Positions 18,426 through 37,300 of a stretch of DNA of 64,000 nucleotides are shown piece after piece. Below the pieces are notes generated by a model. The model saw only the letters and a list, made by a program, of their open reading frames with translations. It made no database searches and was not told the origin of the DNA. Each line of letters starts with the position of its first letter. The first letter of the stretch is position 1. A program made the position numbers and the translations under genes. The DNA comes from the human T2T-CHM13v2.0 reference genome, Homo sapiens: assembly GCF_009914755.1 (NCBI RefSeq), contig NC_060925.1. One strand, given 5' to 3'.

Positions 18426-18786
18426 AGAACCAATCAGCTATTGCTACATAAAAAGCATCCACAAAAATCTCCTTTGCATACAACAGCACTTACTTCTCAT
18501 GCATCTGTAGGTGATCTGATCTAAGCTCAGCTTGGCCAGGAACCTCTGCTCCTTGTAGTAGGTCTAATCCAAAGATGTTCATTCTGCAGCTTAGGCTGAA
18601 AAGACAGTAGCTACCTGGGGAGAGCTCTTCTCTCCAGGAGGACCAAGCACACAAGTACATGCTTGGGTCACATCTGCTAATGTGCCATTAGCCAAAACAA
18701 TCACAAAACTGAGTCAAAAGTCAAGAAGCAGGTAAACTTCTCCATGGAGGTAGTTGGGGAGTAAATGTTTTTGAACAATAATCTAA

Positions 18787-19137
<351 letters not shown>

Positions 19138-19216
19138 TGCAGCCTCCCCCAATTTTTACTCAAATCATGGTACTTGGCTTAAGATCCAGGATCTTATCAT
19201 CTGTATATCAGGCCTA

Positions 19217-19632
<416 letters not shown>

Positions 19633-19858
19633 AGAGAAATGAAATCAGAAATCGCCAGTCCATAGCAGTTCTGAAATTCTACTGGGCAAATGTTGACAGG
19701 TCCCACGGTCCTAGGGGTTGAGAATGCTCTCTGATTAGGCTCTGATTCTGGATCTCCCATCCATTGTTCCCCATGGCTGTTGGTGCACTCCTCTGGAAGA
19801 CCTTCCTTTTCTATCATCCTTGGACATCACCCATGGACACTTCTGAAAAAGATATTAA

Positions 19859-20310
<452 letters not shown>

Positions 20311-21018
20311 AACTTTGTGGATTTTTATGTGTTTTATACTCATCAACTCTATGTACCACAAGCCACACCCACAATTTTTACAAGACAGAATCTACCGAGA
20401 CTTAAGTACTGGGAATGTCAGGCTGCTGTAGAACCTTGCTCTTAAGTTTTCTACAAGCTTCATTTTCAGCTGCAAGAGCCTATTAGATGCCATCTGATTT
20501 CCTTCAGAGCTTAATACTCTTGATTTTGACTTCACCTGGAAACAGTATCGTTCTTGCCGCACTCTGGATTAGGTCTTTAGCCCCAGGATGGATCTTAATT
20601 TGAAAATCTCTTACTAGAGAGATTGGAGATGAGAAAGTTTTATTTTTCAACCCCACAAATTCTGGGTTCTCTATATTCCCACTGAATCCTGCTTGCAAAC
20701 TAGCCAGTTTTCTGAGTTTATCACTTTCTTGTTAGTGCTTCATCAAATACAGCTAAAAGCAGCCAGCTCATGCTTGCAATGTTTTGCCTTAAGATCCCCT
20801 CCTTCACCTTTGCTAGTTTATAAGATACGTTTCCTGCCTTCCAAATTATTGTAGTTTAGTCACAAGTTTACCACTAAATAATACAAGTTGCTATTATTCC
20901 CGGCTTTTATACCAGCTTCCTTGCTGCCCACTTGCCTAGTCCCAAAGCCAATGTCACATATCTTTGTGTTTTGTTGTTCTAGTTATAACAGCACCTTGCT
21001 ATTTAAAATGACTGCAAA

Positions 21019-21322
21019 GGCAGGGCACAGTGGCTCACATCTACTCCCAGCACTTTGGGAGGCCAAGGCAAGTGGATCACTTGAGTCCAGGAGTTTGAGA
21101 CCAGCCTGGCCAACATGGTGATATGCCATTTCTACTAATAATACAAAAAAAATCAGCCAGGTGTGATGGTGCATGCCTGTAGTCCCAGCTACTCAGGGGG
21201 CTGAGGTGGAAGGAACGCTTGAGCCTGGGACGTAAAGGCTGTGGTGAGCCCTGATCGTGCCACTACACTCCAGCCTGGGCAACAAAGTGACTCTGTCTCA
21301 AAAATTAATTAATTAATTAATT
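21019..21322 (+). mobile_element. Alu (J/S)
   Basis: Full Alu with (AATT)n tail. Confidence 0.92.
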
Positions 21323-21513
21323 AAGTGATTGCAAAAGATGAAATGAAAATGAATGGTGTAAAAGAGAGAAAATAAAAGGGCACAGACCCAAGCCCTGGAT
21401 AACTCTAACATTTAAAGATGTGGTAGAGGAAAAGAAGAAAGGAGTCTGAGAAGGAATGGACAATAGAGATCATAAAACCAAGGAGGAAAAAGGAGTGTTT
21501 TAAAAGAGAAAAT

Positions 21514-21825
<312 letters not shown>

Positions 21826-22035
21826 TCAAATGCTCCTGGGAGATCAAGGACAGAGATGTACATGTCTTCAGGATTTGGCAATATGGAGGGCAATAGGTCA
21901 CTTTGAGAACAGTTTAGTGGAATGACAGGGCAAATTCAAGTTGACATGAATTGAAGAGCTAATAGGGGGTGAGAAAATGTATGCAGCAGATGTAGACAAC
22001 ACCTTGGAGGTGTCTGGGGATAAAGAAGAGCAGAA

Positions 22036-22299
22036 GACTGAGCGTGGTGGCATACGCCTGTAATCCCAGCACGTTGAGAGGCTGAGGTGGGAGGATTGCA
22101 TGAGCCCGGGAGTTCAAGACCAGGTTGGGAAACATAGTGAGACTCCATCTCTGCAAAAGAATTTTAAAAATTAGCTGGGTTTGATGACGTGCACCTGTAG
22201 TCCCAGCTACTTGGGAGGCTGAGGCAGGGGGAATCACTTGAGCTCAGGAATTCGAGGCTGCAGTGAGCTGTGATCGCCCTGCTGCACTCCATCCTGGGT
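22036..22299 (+). mobile_element. AluJ lacking its 3' end and A tail
   Basis: Ends at ...ctccatcctgggt and joins directly to L1 sequence. Confidence 0.9.
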
Positions 22300-22586
22300 T
22301 GGCCATCATCCTCAGCAAACTAACACAAGAACAGAAAACCAAACACCGCATGTTCTTACTCATAACTGAGAGTTGAACAATGAGAACACATAGACCCAGA
22401 GAAGGGAACAACACGCACACAGGGCCTGTTGGGAGCTGGAGGTTGAGCGGGGGGTACTTAGAGGATGGGTCAATAGGAGCAGAAACCACCATGGCACACA
22501 TACACCTATGGAACAAACCTGCACGTTCTGTACATGTATCCCTTTTCTTTGGTTTGTTTTTCTTTAGAAGAAATAAAGGGGGAAAA
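22300..22586 (+). mobile_element. L1PA (L1PA8-like) 3' terminus, 5'-truncated
   Basis: gccatcatcctcagcaaactaacacaagaacagaaaaccaaacaccgcatgttc ... cttagaggatgggtcaatagg ... catgtatccc...tttagaagaaataaa. Confidence 0.88.
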
Positions 22587-22889
22587 AAAGAAGAGCAGAA
22601 AAATATGATGGCAAGTGGAGAGGATGTGGAATCAAGAGAGAGAACTTTTTTGTTCTTGAGAGAAGATAGCAGTGCATGTGTGTGTGTGCTGGTGGAAGTG
22701 ATCCAGGCAAAGAAAAAGACTGACAGTCAAGAAACAGAGATGATGAAGCAGTTTAAAAGACAAGAAGGGATGGAATCCAGACCACTTGTGAGGGATTAGA
22801 CTTCAGTCGTAAGAGGGTCATTCTCTCAGTTGTAACAGGAGAGAACAAGGAGCAGATGAAGTTAATTCAGAGATAAGAAGCCAAAACAA

Positions 22890-23100
22890 TGAGCACCCGC
22901 TTTTCCTGGGTGCCTGCTCTGTGTCAGGCATTGCACCAGAAGTTCTGCATGCAGTACTTGGGCCCCTTGATTTTGGTTTTATTTCATTCCCATTTTACAG
23001 ACAAGAAAACAGAAGCTTAAAAGGTTAATTTTCCTAAAGTTTCTCAACTTACAAGTAGCAGAACTGGGATTCAAACCCCATCCATCTGACCATGAACCCA
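22890..23100 (-). mobile_element. MIR
   Basis: Core cccattttacagacaagaaaacagaagct...ctgggattcaaaccc. Confidence 0.8.
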
Positions 23101-23508
23101 TATTTGATTTCTATTCCAAACAGATTCATTTTTCCATAGAGAAATAATGTTCAAAAAATGAGACAAAACTAAGAATACACGGCCTGCAGACCAGACCTGG
23201 TCTAGTCTGGATCCCTGGGGCTCCCTTCTCAGGGGAGCAGGAGGGGTGGAGGGCAGTTGCTGTGGTGAAGACATTTGAAGGAAGTGGGGAGAGAAGACTG
23301 ATACTAACTCCAGTCCGTTCACCTTTTAGATACTGCATATTTTTCAAAGAATTTTTGTGTTCCTTCTCTCAGTGAGCAATGAATAGCTTCAGTGGAGCTA
23401 GAAATCTTTCTGTAGGAAGAAAGGAGCTATGCTCTGGTTGTCATGAGGCATTTGAGTTCTAGGGGATCTGAAATAGGATTCTTCACATTTATCCTTGGCA
23501 TAGTCTAG

Positions 23509-23815
<307 letters not shown>

Positions 23816-24125
23816 TTTTTTTTTTTTTTTTTTTTTTTTGTCCAGATGGGATATTGCTCTGTAGCCCAGGCTGGAGCGCAGTGGAACGATCGTGGCTTAC
23901 TGCAGCCTCAAACTCCGGGATTCAGGCAGTCCTCCTGCCTTAGCCTCTGGAATAGCTAGAATTACAGGTGCACACCATCGCGCCTGGCTACTTTTTCTAT
24001 GTTTTGTAGAGACAGGGTCTTGCTTTGTTGCCCAGGCTGGTCTCAAACTCCTGGGTTCAAGCCATCCTCCCGACTTAGCCTCCCAAAGCGCCAGGATTGC
24101 AGGCATGAACTACCATGCCCAGCCC
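23816..24125 (-). mobile_element. AluJ
   Basis: Full diverged Alu, reverse strand, abutting the previous Alu. Confidence 0.92.
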
Positions 24126-24394
24126 AAGCATAGTATTAATACACACCTTTTAAAAGGATGAGTTCCATCCCTTTGCAGCCGGTTAGACCTGTTCTACCTT
24201 GCTCAATGTCAGAAGCCCAGCTTTTAAATACTGTTCTAGATCAGAAGGGAAACCAAATGAAAATGTGTGGAAGAACTATGTCCAGGCTCACAGCACTATT
24301 TTAGAAAGCATCTCAACAATGGAGTCAGGAAAGGGAGAAGTGCCATGCCCATATCAGAAAATATACTCATCATACTAACATGTACAGTGCTTTG

Positions 24395-24650
24395 TGCTCA
24401 TTCATTTAGCAGATACTGAGCTAGTACCAGGTTCCAGGCCCAGAGCTAGCTAAAGGGGTATGGAGGTAAATGAGGCTCTTCTCCAGACCTTGAAGAACTC
24501 CTGAGCTAGTGGGCTAGCAGGTTACTCTGAAGAGGTGTTCAATGAAGATATGTCTGAGGAGCTATGAGAACATAGCGGTGGCAGGCTAGATAAGGGGTCA
24601 GATCAGAGAGGGCCAAAGAGTATAAGCAGTGGTGCAACTTGATCTGATTT
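24395..24650 (-). mobile_element. L2 3' fragment
   Basis: cattcatttagcagatactgagc. Confidence 0.55.
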
Positions 24651-24999
24651 GAGATTATGATTTATAGTTTGCTTTTGCATATTTCATTATTTTGTTTAAA
24701 TCAGATGTTCATAGCCTTCCCTCTTAGGATTTTTTCTGCCTTGAGCCTTCCAAAACGTATCAGAATGCAGCTTGTCTGGTGTGTGAGAAACCCCTGAAGC
24801 TGTGAGCCCCCTTTCCAGGAGTCTGGGCTCACTGCTAGCCTTGGCCCTCCTAAGCCCCTTACCCTTGCTTTTCCTAGGCAAGCAGTGAAATGTCTCCAAA
24901 ATCTGGGAATAACTGTTTCCCAGCCTTGGGCTGGTTCTCCTTCCTTCCTTGTTCTTCACAAGCTGTAGAGCCTCCTGAGGTGGGGTCGAGGCATCTCAT

Positions 25000-25330
25000 T
25001 TTCAGGGTTTATTAGGGTAGGCTAATGACTACATCCAACAAATCCTTTTTAGAAGGCAGTCACATAGCGGTGCCTTTGGAATTCAGGTTGAGCCGTCCCC
25101 TAGGGTTCAGGATCCCCCTGCTGGATGCTGTAACTGGCATAGAAGAAAAAAAAGAGCATGAAGGGTCAAGTAGGAGACTTTTATTGGCCCAGGGGAAATG
25201 GCTTACATCACCTCCACCTACGATCCAGTGAGTGGAATTCCTATCTAACTGCGAGGGAGGCTGGGAATGCAGTCGAGCTGTGTGCCCAGGAAGAAGAGGA
25301 AGAAGTGAGCACATAGCAAACTGCCGCACA
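25000..25330 (-). mobile_element. MLT1K-like solo LTR
   Basis: taactgcgagggaggctgggaatgcagtcgagctgtgtgcccaggaagaagagga. Confidence 0.65.
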
Positions 25331-25755
25331 GTGGGTAGAACTGACAAAGACAGTAGACTGCTGAGCACCAGTGAGTACGAAGGCAACAGCCACAGGATCC
25401 CCCTGTGGCCGTGTCTGGAGACATAGCACGTACTTGGGGCTTTAGGTGGGAGGACTGGCAGAGGCCACTCCATGAACGAAAGGAGGCTGGGCACCAGGGG
25501 CTGAGTAAGAACTGTTTTGAACAGAATGGGAGCTGACTCACATCTGGAGGAGGGTTCTCAGGTGGGGTCCCTCGGTATTGCTGTAACTGGGTCAATCTGA
25601 TTGTCTCTCTTCAACCTTTTTCAACCATGGTAAGCACGAATGCCCTAAGCCATTGACTGTAATTAATGAATTTCTCTCCTATGCATCTGGATTGTACAGT
25701 CTAGATGTACAAGTTGTACTATCCTTGGGAGAACTAAGAAAATAGTTGCTCTGAC

Positions 25756-26040
25756 AGCCGGGCACGGTGGCTCACGCCTGTAATCCCAGCACTTCGGGAG
25801 GCCAAGGCAGGTGGATCACAAGGTCAGGAGATCGAGGCCATCCTGGCTAACACGATGAAACCCCATTTCTAGTAAAAATACAAAAAATTAGCTGGGCATG
25901 GTGGCACGTGCCTGTAGTCCCAGCTACTTGGGAGGCTGAGAATCACTTGAACCCGGGAGGCGGAGGTTACAGTGAGCTGAGATCGTGCCACTGCACTCTA
26001 GCCTGGGCAACAGATCGAGACTCCATCAAAAAACAAAGAA
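25756..26040 (+). mobile_element. Alu (Sc/Y-like)
   Basis: gagatcgaggccatcctggctaac; TSD aagaaaa(t/g)agttgct. Confidence 0.93.
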
Positions 26041-26339
26041 AAGAAAAGAGTTGCTTAGGTAATTGTTCTGTCTTTGTGGCTCAGTTGAGGAACCCTGGCT
26101 GAGAAACCCCTGCCTGAAGAGATGCAAACAGCATTTTATATTTGAGGCAAATGCTCTAGACTATTCTCTCCCTCCCCCCAATCTCCTGCGCCCTGAAAGG
26201 AAACAAACTGATGTCATGAGAAATTCCTTTCTAATAACAAAAACAAATGGGAGGTCTCCCGGGATTGTTCCTATGGAGAGACAGTGGTTGTGTAAGAATG
26301 AGAAAATAGTGACTCCTGCTCAGGGTTCTGGTTAAGTAG

Positions 26340-26930
26340 CAGGTAGAATTTTTCCAACATCATTTTGAATCAAGAGAGGCACCGAAATCACTGTAGTAAA
26401 ATCTTCGAGTGGGAAAAATATAAAGAAAACAAAATCCAACTAAGGCCGTTTTTCCCCAGGAAAGGCATTAGTCAGGCAGCCGCTGGAGCCAGCCACCTCT
26501 CAAGAGCCTGTTTTTCAGTGTCACTGCGGTGACTCTCCATGCTCTGGGTTTTAATTCTAGCCTCTAATCTCAGTCGCTTCTGTGATAAATTAATTGTAAT
26601 AATAGAGGCCCCAGTTACGAGGTCTGCACCGTTTGCTTGTAATGTGAGCGACAGGTTTAGGGCCTGCTTTATTTAAGATGCTGGGGTAATTACATGGGAG
26701 TTAGCATATGCAGGCAGAGATATGATTCATTCTTCCAGCCACAAGCATGACACAGCTGTTTGCGGGATAAAATAGGGGAACCGTGTTGTTACAAAATGTT
26801 CCCCTTATTATACCTCATTAAAAACAAGGCTGTGATAAGTCAGGACTGGCAATGAAGAAAATCTATTGCCCCTCTGTAAAACCTGATAGGAGAGGGCTTA
26901 GAGCTATGCTGTGTCATTTTATTTTTTATT
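26340..26930. promoter_or_regulatory. Candidate enhancer / conserved non-coding element
   Basis: No recognisable repeat; retained CpGs; dense TAAT/TAATTA, GATAA, CAGCTG and GCATATGC motifs. Conservation is inferred, not measured. Confidence 0.45.
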
Positions 26931-27604
26931 TATTTTTACTTTTTTATTTTTTTGTCCTTTCTCTGACTCTTTTCTCCCTATTATTCAGCAACTCTCTGAA
27001 TACTTGGGGAAGGAACAGTCTCCCAGACCGTCTTCCTTTCTTCTTATGAAATAGGGGCTGCCCTTTCCTTGCTTAGCTAAAGCTGAGAATGTTCAGAAAG
27101 AGAGAGCATTCGCCCAGAACAAAGTGAAAGGGGGGGTCTTTTGGGCGACCTGTCCCAATTTTGTCCTCATCACCTTTAACAGGAGCACATAGGCTGAGAG
27201 AGCTCAGAGGCTCCAGCAGGGGCCAGAGCTTCAAAGTCAGAGAAAATCACGGGCAATAGACAGAGGCTCATTCCTTTCAAGAGACAGACATATGTTCTCT
27301 TCCCCCGTCATCTTTCTTTTTAAAAATAACTTTAAAATTTAAAATGAATTTTGGCCTCATTTTTCTTCTTCTTTTCTCTCTCTCCAAGGTTACTAGTGAG
27401 AGCTTAAACCAACATGCAGATTAACATTGATCTATGGACCCAGGGCCAAATAAATCAGGCTGGTTTTTTATCAAAATGGTTGGTTAGGAAAAATAAGCAT
27501 CACAGTATAGAATAGTCTTCAGCAATACCTACCTAGGGCCATTCCAGAAGAGCTGTTCCATGACACGTCCATGTGTCTGTTGAACGGTAAAGCCCACTTG
27601 GGAA

Positions 27605-27872
27605 GCCATGGAGCTTCATGGCTAAGAGTGGGCTGGGAAGCTTGACTGCCTGGGTTCAAATCTTAGCTCCACCACCACCTCCTAGCTGTGTGGACTTGGG
27701 AAGTTGAGCCAATGTCTCCAGGAGTCAATCTTCACAATCTACCAAATGAAATTGGCAATAATATTATCCACCTCTAGGGTTGTTCTAAGGAATAAATAAG
27801 ATAATCCATGCAAAAAGCCTAGAACAATGCCTGGCAAACAGCAAGTGCTCAATAAATGTTAACTATTATTAT
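27605..27872 (+). mobile_element. MIR (near full length)
   Basis: gactgcctgggttcaaatcttagctcc...aagtgctcaataaatgttaactattatt. Confidence 0.85.
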
Positions 27873-27928
27873 AAGTAACACAATTAACAGCAGCAAACTG
27901 CTTTAGCCCAGGTTGTGTGTTAGAATTA

Positions 27929-28823
<895 letters not shown>

Positions 28824-28868
28824 TTAGTAATAGGAGTATCTTAGAGTGGTAGCCTTTTGGCACTGCGA

Positions 28869-30020
<1,152 letters not shown>

Positions 30021-31079
30021 GTTAGTAATTGAGTTGAAGCGTTCTTGTATTCTGGAGGAAAAGGAACACATGAACATGGCATGTTCAGGGTACAGCAAGT
30101 TCTAAAACACTGCTGGAGCAAAAAAAGTTGTACTGAAGAGGTAGGTAAGGGGCCACGTGATATAAAATCTTATATAGACTACAAATAAGTAGCATCAGAC
30201 AAGCATTTGATACTAAGAGATAATACACATTTCCGTATAACTATACATACTATGAAGCAGAAGATGGTAAACACTGTAAGAACAATTCGATAAGCTGTCT
30301 TGGGAGTTCAGAGGAAAGGGAGATGGCTTTCAGCTGGGAGCTCCTCGTATTCTTTGAGATTCTGTTATACAATTGTTCATGCATTCATGTATTTAGTGAA
30401 TACACATTGAGTTCCCACTATGTGCCAGGCACTTGCCCTTGGCTGTCATCCATCTACCTGGTTAAAACCACATGAGGATGACTTAGATTTTCAGCTGCCT
30501 GTTGCACATTTTTCAGCACGAAAAAGCAAAAGTCTTTTTCTCGAAATCTCAGGGAAAGTCCTGGTGCATTCCTTTGGCTTTGATTCACGCCCATTCCTGA
30601 ACCAATCATTGAGGCCAGGGAGAAGTCATCCTTCAACTGTGTAATGCCTGGGTCACATTCATGACCCCGCAGTTGAATGCAAGGGCAGAATCTGCTTCAC
30701 CAGAGTCCCATTGGCTGAAATAGGGGAAAGGGTAGTCTTGAATATCCCCTTTTGTCTCGCAGCTCTAAGTCTTTACTCAAGCTGTTTCTACCACCTGGGA
30801 AATGGTCTATCATCTCTTTGCCTAGCTGGTGTGTTACTATTTGTCCTTACAAACCCTGCTCAGTCGTTATCCCTATTGTAAAATGTACTTTGTTAAAACT
30901 AATTACTTTTTTTTCTATGTTCTTTTTTGTTTTACACATAATTCTATCTTTGAATTTCTATATTATTAAACTAAACCGTTCTTCGTAAGACCAGTTGAGT
31001 AGCAAAATATGAAATCAACTAGAAAGGGAAATACTGGATATGTTTCTTAAGGATAGTTAAAGATAATAAATAAGGTATC

Positions 31080-31397
<318 letters not shown>

Positions 31398-32504
31398 TCA
31401 AAGGAGGAATCACAATAGAAATTGGTACCTTTAAATAGATAAAAATGAAAACACAACACCAAAACTTATGACATACAGCTAAAACAGCACTCAGAGGGAA
31501 ATTTATAGCTGTAAATGCCTATACTTTAAAAAGAAGAAAGATGTTATATTAATAACTTAACCTTCCAATTTAAAAACTGAAAAAAAGAGCAAACTAAACC
31601 CAAAGCAAGCAGAAAAAAGGAAATAAAGATGAGATCATAAATAAATGAAATATAGAATTGAAAGACAAAGAAGAACATCAACACACCCAAAAATTGGTTC
31701 TTTGGAAAGATCAATAAATTGAAAAACCATTAGCTAGAATGAATAAGAACAAGAGAGAGGACTCAAATTACTAAATCAGGAATGGAAGAGGAGACATCAC
31801 TACCAGACTTACAGAAATAAAAAAAGCATTATAAGAGAATATTATGTACAAATATATGCCAAAAAGTTAGATAAATCAGATAAAATGAACAAATTTCTAG
31901 AAAGCACAAACTGCTGAAACTGACTCAAGAAGAAGAAAAATCTGCATAGACCTATAACAATTAAGGAAATTGAATTGCTAATTTTAATATTTCCCACAAA
32001 GAAAAGTCCAAGTCCAGATTACTTCACTGGTAAATTCTACCAAACATTTTAGAGAACAATTAATACCAGTTCTTCACCAAGTCTTCCAAAGAATACAAGA
32101 AAGAGGGAACCTTTCCCAAATTATTTCATGAAGCCACTATTACTCTGATACCAAAACCAGGCAAACATATCACAAAAAAATAAAACTTTAGACAAATAAC
32201 TCTTATGAACATATATATATATGTATATATAAATCTGCAACAAAATTCTAGTGAACCAAAGCCAGTGACGTATAAAAAAAATTATATACTGTGACCACGT
32301 GGGATTAACTCCAGGAGTGCAAAGTTGGTGTAAGATACAAAATAAATCAATGTAATATACCATATTAATACAAGAGAGAACAAAAGCTATATGATCATCT
32401 CAATAGATGCAAAAAAACCATTTCACAAAATTCAGCACCACTTCATGATAAAAACATTCAACAAACTAGGAATAGAAGGGGCCTTCCTCCATGCTTAATG
32501 GTGA

Positions 32505-32888
<384 letters not shown>

Positions 32889-33759
32889 TAGTACTGGAGG
32901 TTTTAGCTAGGGCAATTAGGCAAGAAAATAACAGTCATCAGATTGGAAAGAAAGAAGTAAAGTCAATAATAAACAGAATGACTCAATTTTAAAATGGGCA
33001 AAGAATCTGAATATTTATCTAAAGAAGATGTATGAATACTTGGCAAACCCACGAAAAATATTCAATATCTTTAGTCATCAGGGAAATGCAAATCAAATCC
33101 ACAATGAGAGTCTGCTTTGCACCCATTAGGATGTATATAATCAAAAAGTCAGATAATAGCAAGTGCTGGTAAAAAATGTATAGAAATTGGAAGAACCATA
33201 TGCTCCCAGGGGGGTGTAAAATAGTGTAACCACTTTGGAAAACAGTCTGGCAGTTCCTCAAAAAGCTGAAGATAGAGTTGCCATTTGTCCCAGCAATTCC
33301 ACTCCTAGGTATATACCCAAAAGAACTGAAATTAGGTCCACACAAAAATTTGTACACTAATATGCATAGAAGTATTATTCATGATAGCCAAAAGGTGGAA
33401 GCAACCCAAATAGCCATCAGCTGATGAATGGATAAATACAAATGTGATTTGTTCATACAATGGAATATTTTTAGCCATAAAAGGAATAAAATACTGTTAC
33501 ATGCTATAACATGGAAGAACGTTGAATACATCATGCTAATTATAAGACATCAGATACAAAAGGCCATGTATTATATGATTCCGTTTATATGAAATATTCA
33601 GAACAGGCAAATTTATAGAGACAGAAAGTAGATTAGTAGTTGCCTAGGGCTGGGGTGAGGGGAGGATTGGGGGTGACTGTTTAAAGGTATGGATTTCAGG
33701 GGTGATGAAAATGCTCTAAAAGCCATTTGTAGTGACGGCAAGCCAACTGTTTTAATGTA

Positions 33760-34566
<807 letters not shown>

Positions 34567-34586
34567 TACTAAAACTACTGAATTTT

Positions 34587-34725
34587 AGCTGGGCACAGTG
34601 GCATGCACCTGTAGTTCCAGCTACTCGGGAAGCTAAGGTTGGAGGATCATTTGAGCCCAGGAGTTTGAGACCAGCCTGGGCAACATAGGGAGATTCCCCC
34701 ACCTCAAAAAAAAGTAAAAACTCAA
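34587..34725 (+). mobile_element. FLAM
   Basis: Monomer; TSD aaaa(c/t)ta(c/t)tgaatttt. Confidence 0.85.
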
Positions 34726-34817
34726 ATAAAATTATTGAATTTTATGCTTCATATGGGTCTCTGTATGGCATATGAATTATATGTCAATAAAGGTATCTAT
34801 TAAAAAAGGAACAAAAT

Positions 34818-35730
<913 letters not shown>

Positions 35731-35767
35731 ATCTCTAACTTGTCTTTTAAAAAGAAGAATCACTTCA

Positions 35768-36236
<469 letters not shown>

Positions 36237-36462
36237 CTACTTAATTAATTCAGTAGTGCTAGGCACGAAGGTTACAGCAAGATGATCTCTAAGACTGCTT
36301 TCAAAGAATAGATAGTGTAATGGGAATACAGACAACTTAAAAAGTAGTTACAATGAAATGGGGCTGGTACAGATTGCTTTGGAAGCATGTAGTTAGTAAG
36401 GGAACGTAACCTAATTTAGTTAGGAGAATGCAGGAGACCTAAAAAATGAATAAAAGTTAGCC

Positions 36463-36628
36463 AGGGATTACAGGTGTGTGCCACCATGTCCAGCTAATTT
36501 TTGTATTTTTAATAGAGACGGGGTTTCACCATGTTGACCAGGCTGGTCTCAAACTCCTGACCTTGTGATCTGCCCACCTTGGCCTCCCAAAGTGCTGGGA
36601 TTACAGACATTAGCCACAGCGCCTGGCC
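36463..36628 (-). mobile_element. Alu lacking its 3' half
   Basis: Left arm, linker and ~30 nt of right arm; no A tail. Confidence 0.9.
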
Positions 36629-36629
36629 T

Positions 36630-37300
36630 GACAAAGAGCTTTCTAGCAGAATAAACTTTGTATATATTGGCCCAGAGGTAAGAGGGTAACAGAAAATAGA
36701 TCGGGAGAGCTACAGCTCTGGGAAGACAGACATCTGTTTTGCTCCCTGCTGTATCCCAGCATTTAGAGTAGTGTCTAGCACCTTAGTAACCACTCAGCAT
36801 ATGCTTACTGGATGGATGAATGAATGAGTGAATGAACCAGTGGCAAGAGATGATGCTGGAGAGGTAGACAAGGGTCAGTTCGTGCAGGGCTTTTATATAT
36901 ATGCCTTGCTAAGAAGCTTACACTGAATCCTAAAGACTACGGGAAGCTACTGAAGAGGGGCAGAACATGCTCAGATCTGGGTTTTAGAAGGAGCCGTGTA
37001 GCTGCAAAGTGGAGAATAAAGAGTAGCTGAGGGATAGCCCAGGTGATGGGGTGGACAGGGGGACCATCCTCCAAGGTGGAAGGACAAATCAATTTGAAGG
37101 GGAGAATGAGCTCAGCTTTTGACAAACTGAATTTCAGGTGCCTATGGGAAATCCCAGTGAAGCTGGGGATACAGAGAGTTTTGTGAGGATGGAAATCAGA
37201 GGGATCTGGGCTGATGATAGAGAGTCAGAGTCACTAATATTTATAACTGAAGCTGTGGGAGTGAATGAGATATCTCTGGAAGAGGGATAGACAGGCATGA
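36630..37300. mobile_element. L2 fragments (mostly minus; a plus-strand 3' end at ~36700-36835)
   Basis: gggaagctactgaagaggg...tcagatctgggttttagaagg; (TGAA)n tail. Confidence 0.65.

Noticed and set aside
27205-27230. CTCF-like motif ctccagcaggggccag (similar ones near 44473 and 48543)
   Set aside because: Only partial matches to the consensus; not distinguishable from chance without PWM scoring or ChIP data.
27355-27400. Polypyrimidine tract plus AG as a splice acceptor
   Set aside because: No convincing paired donor; such tracts are common by chance.
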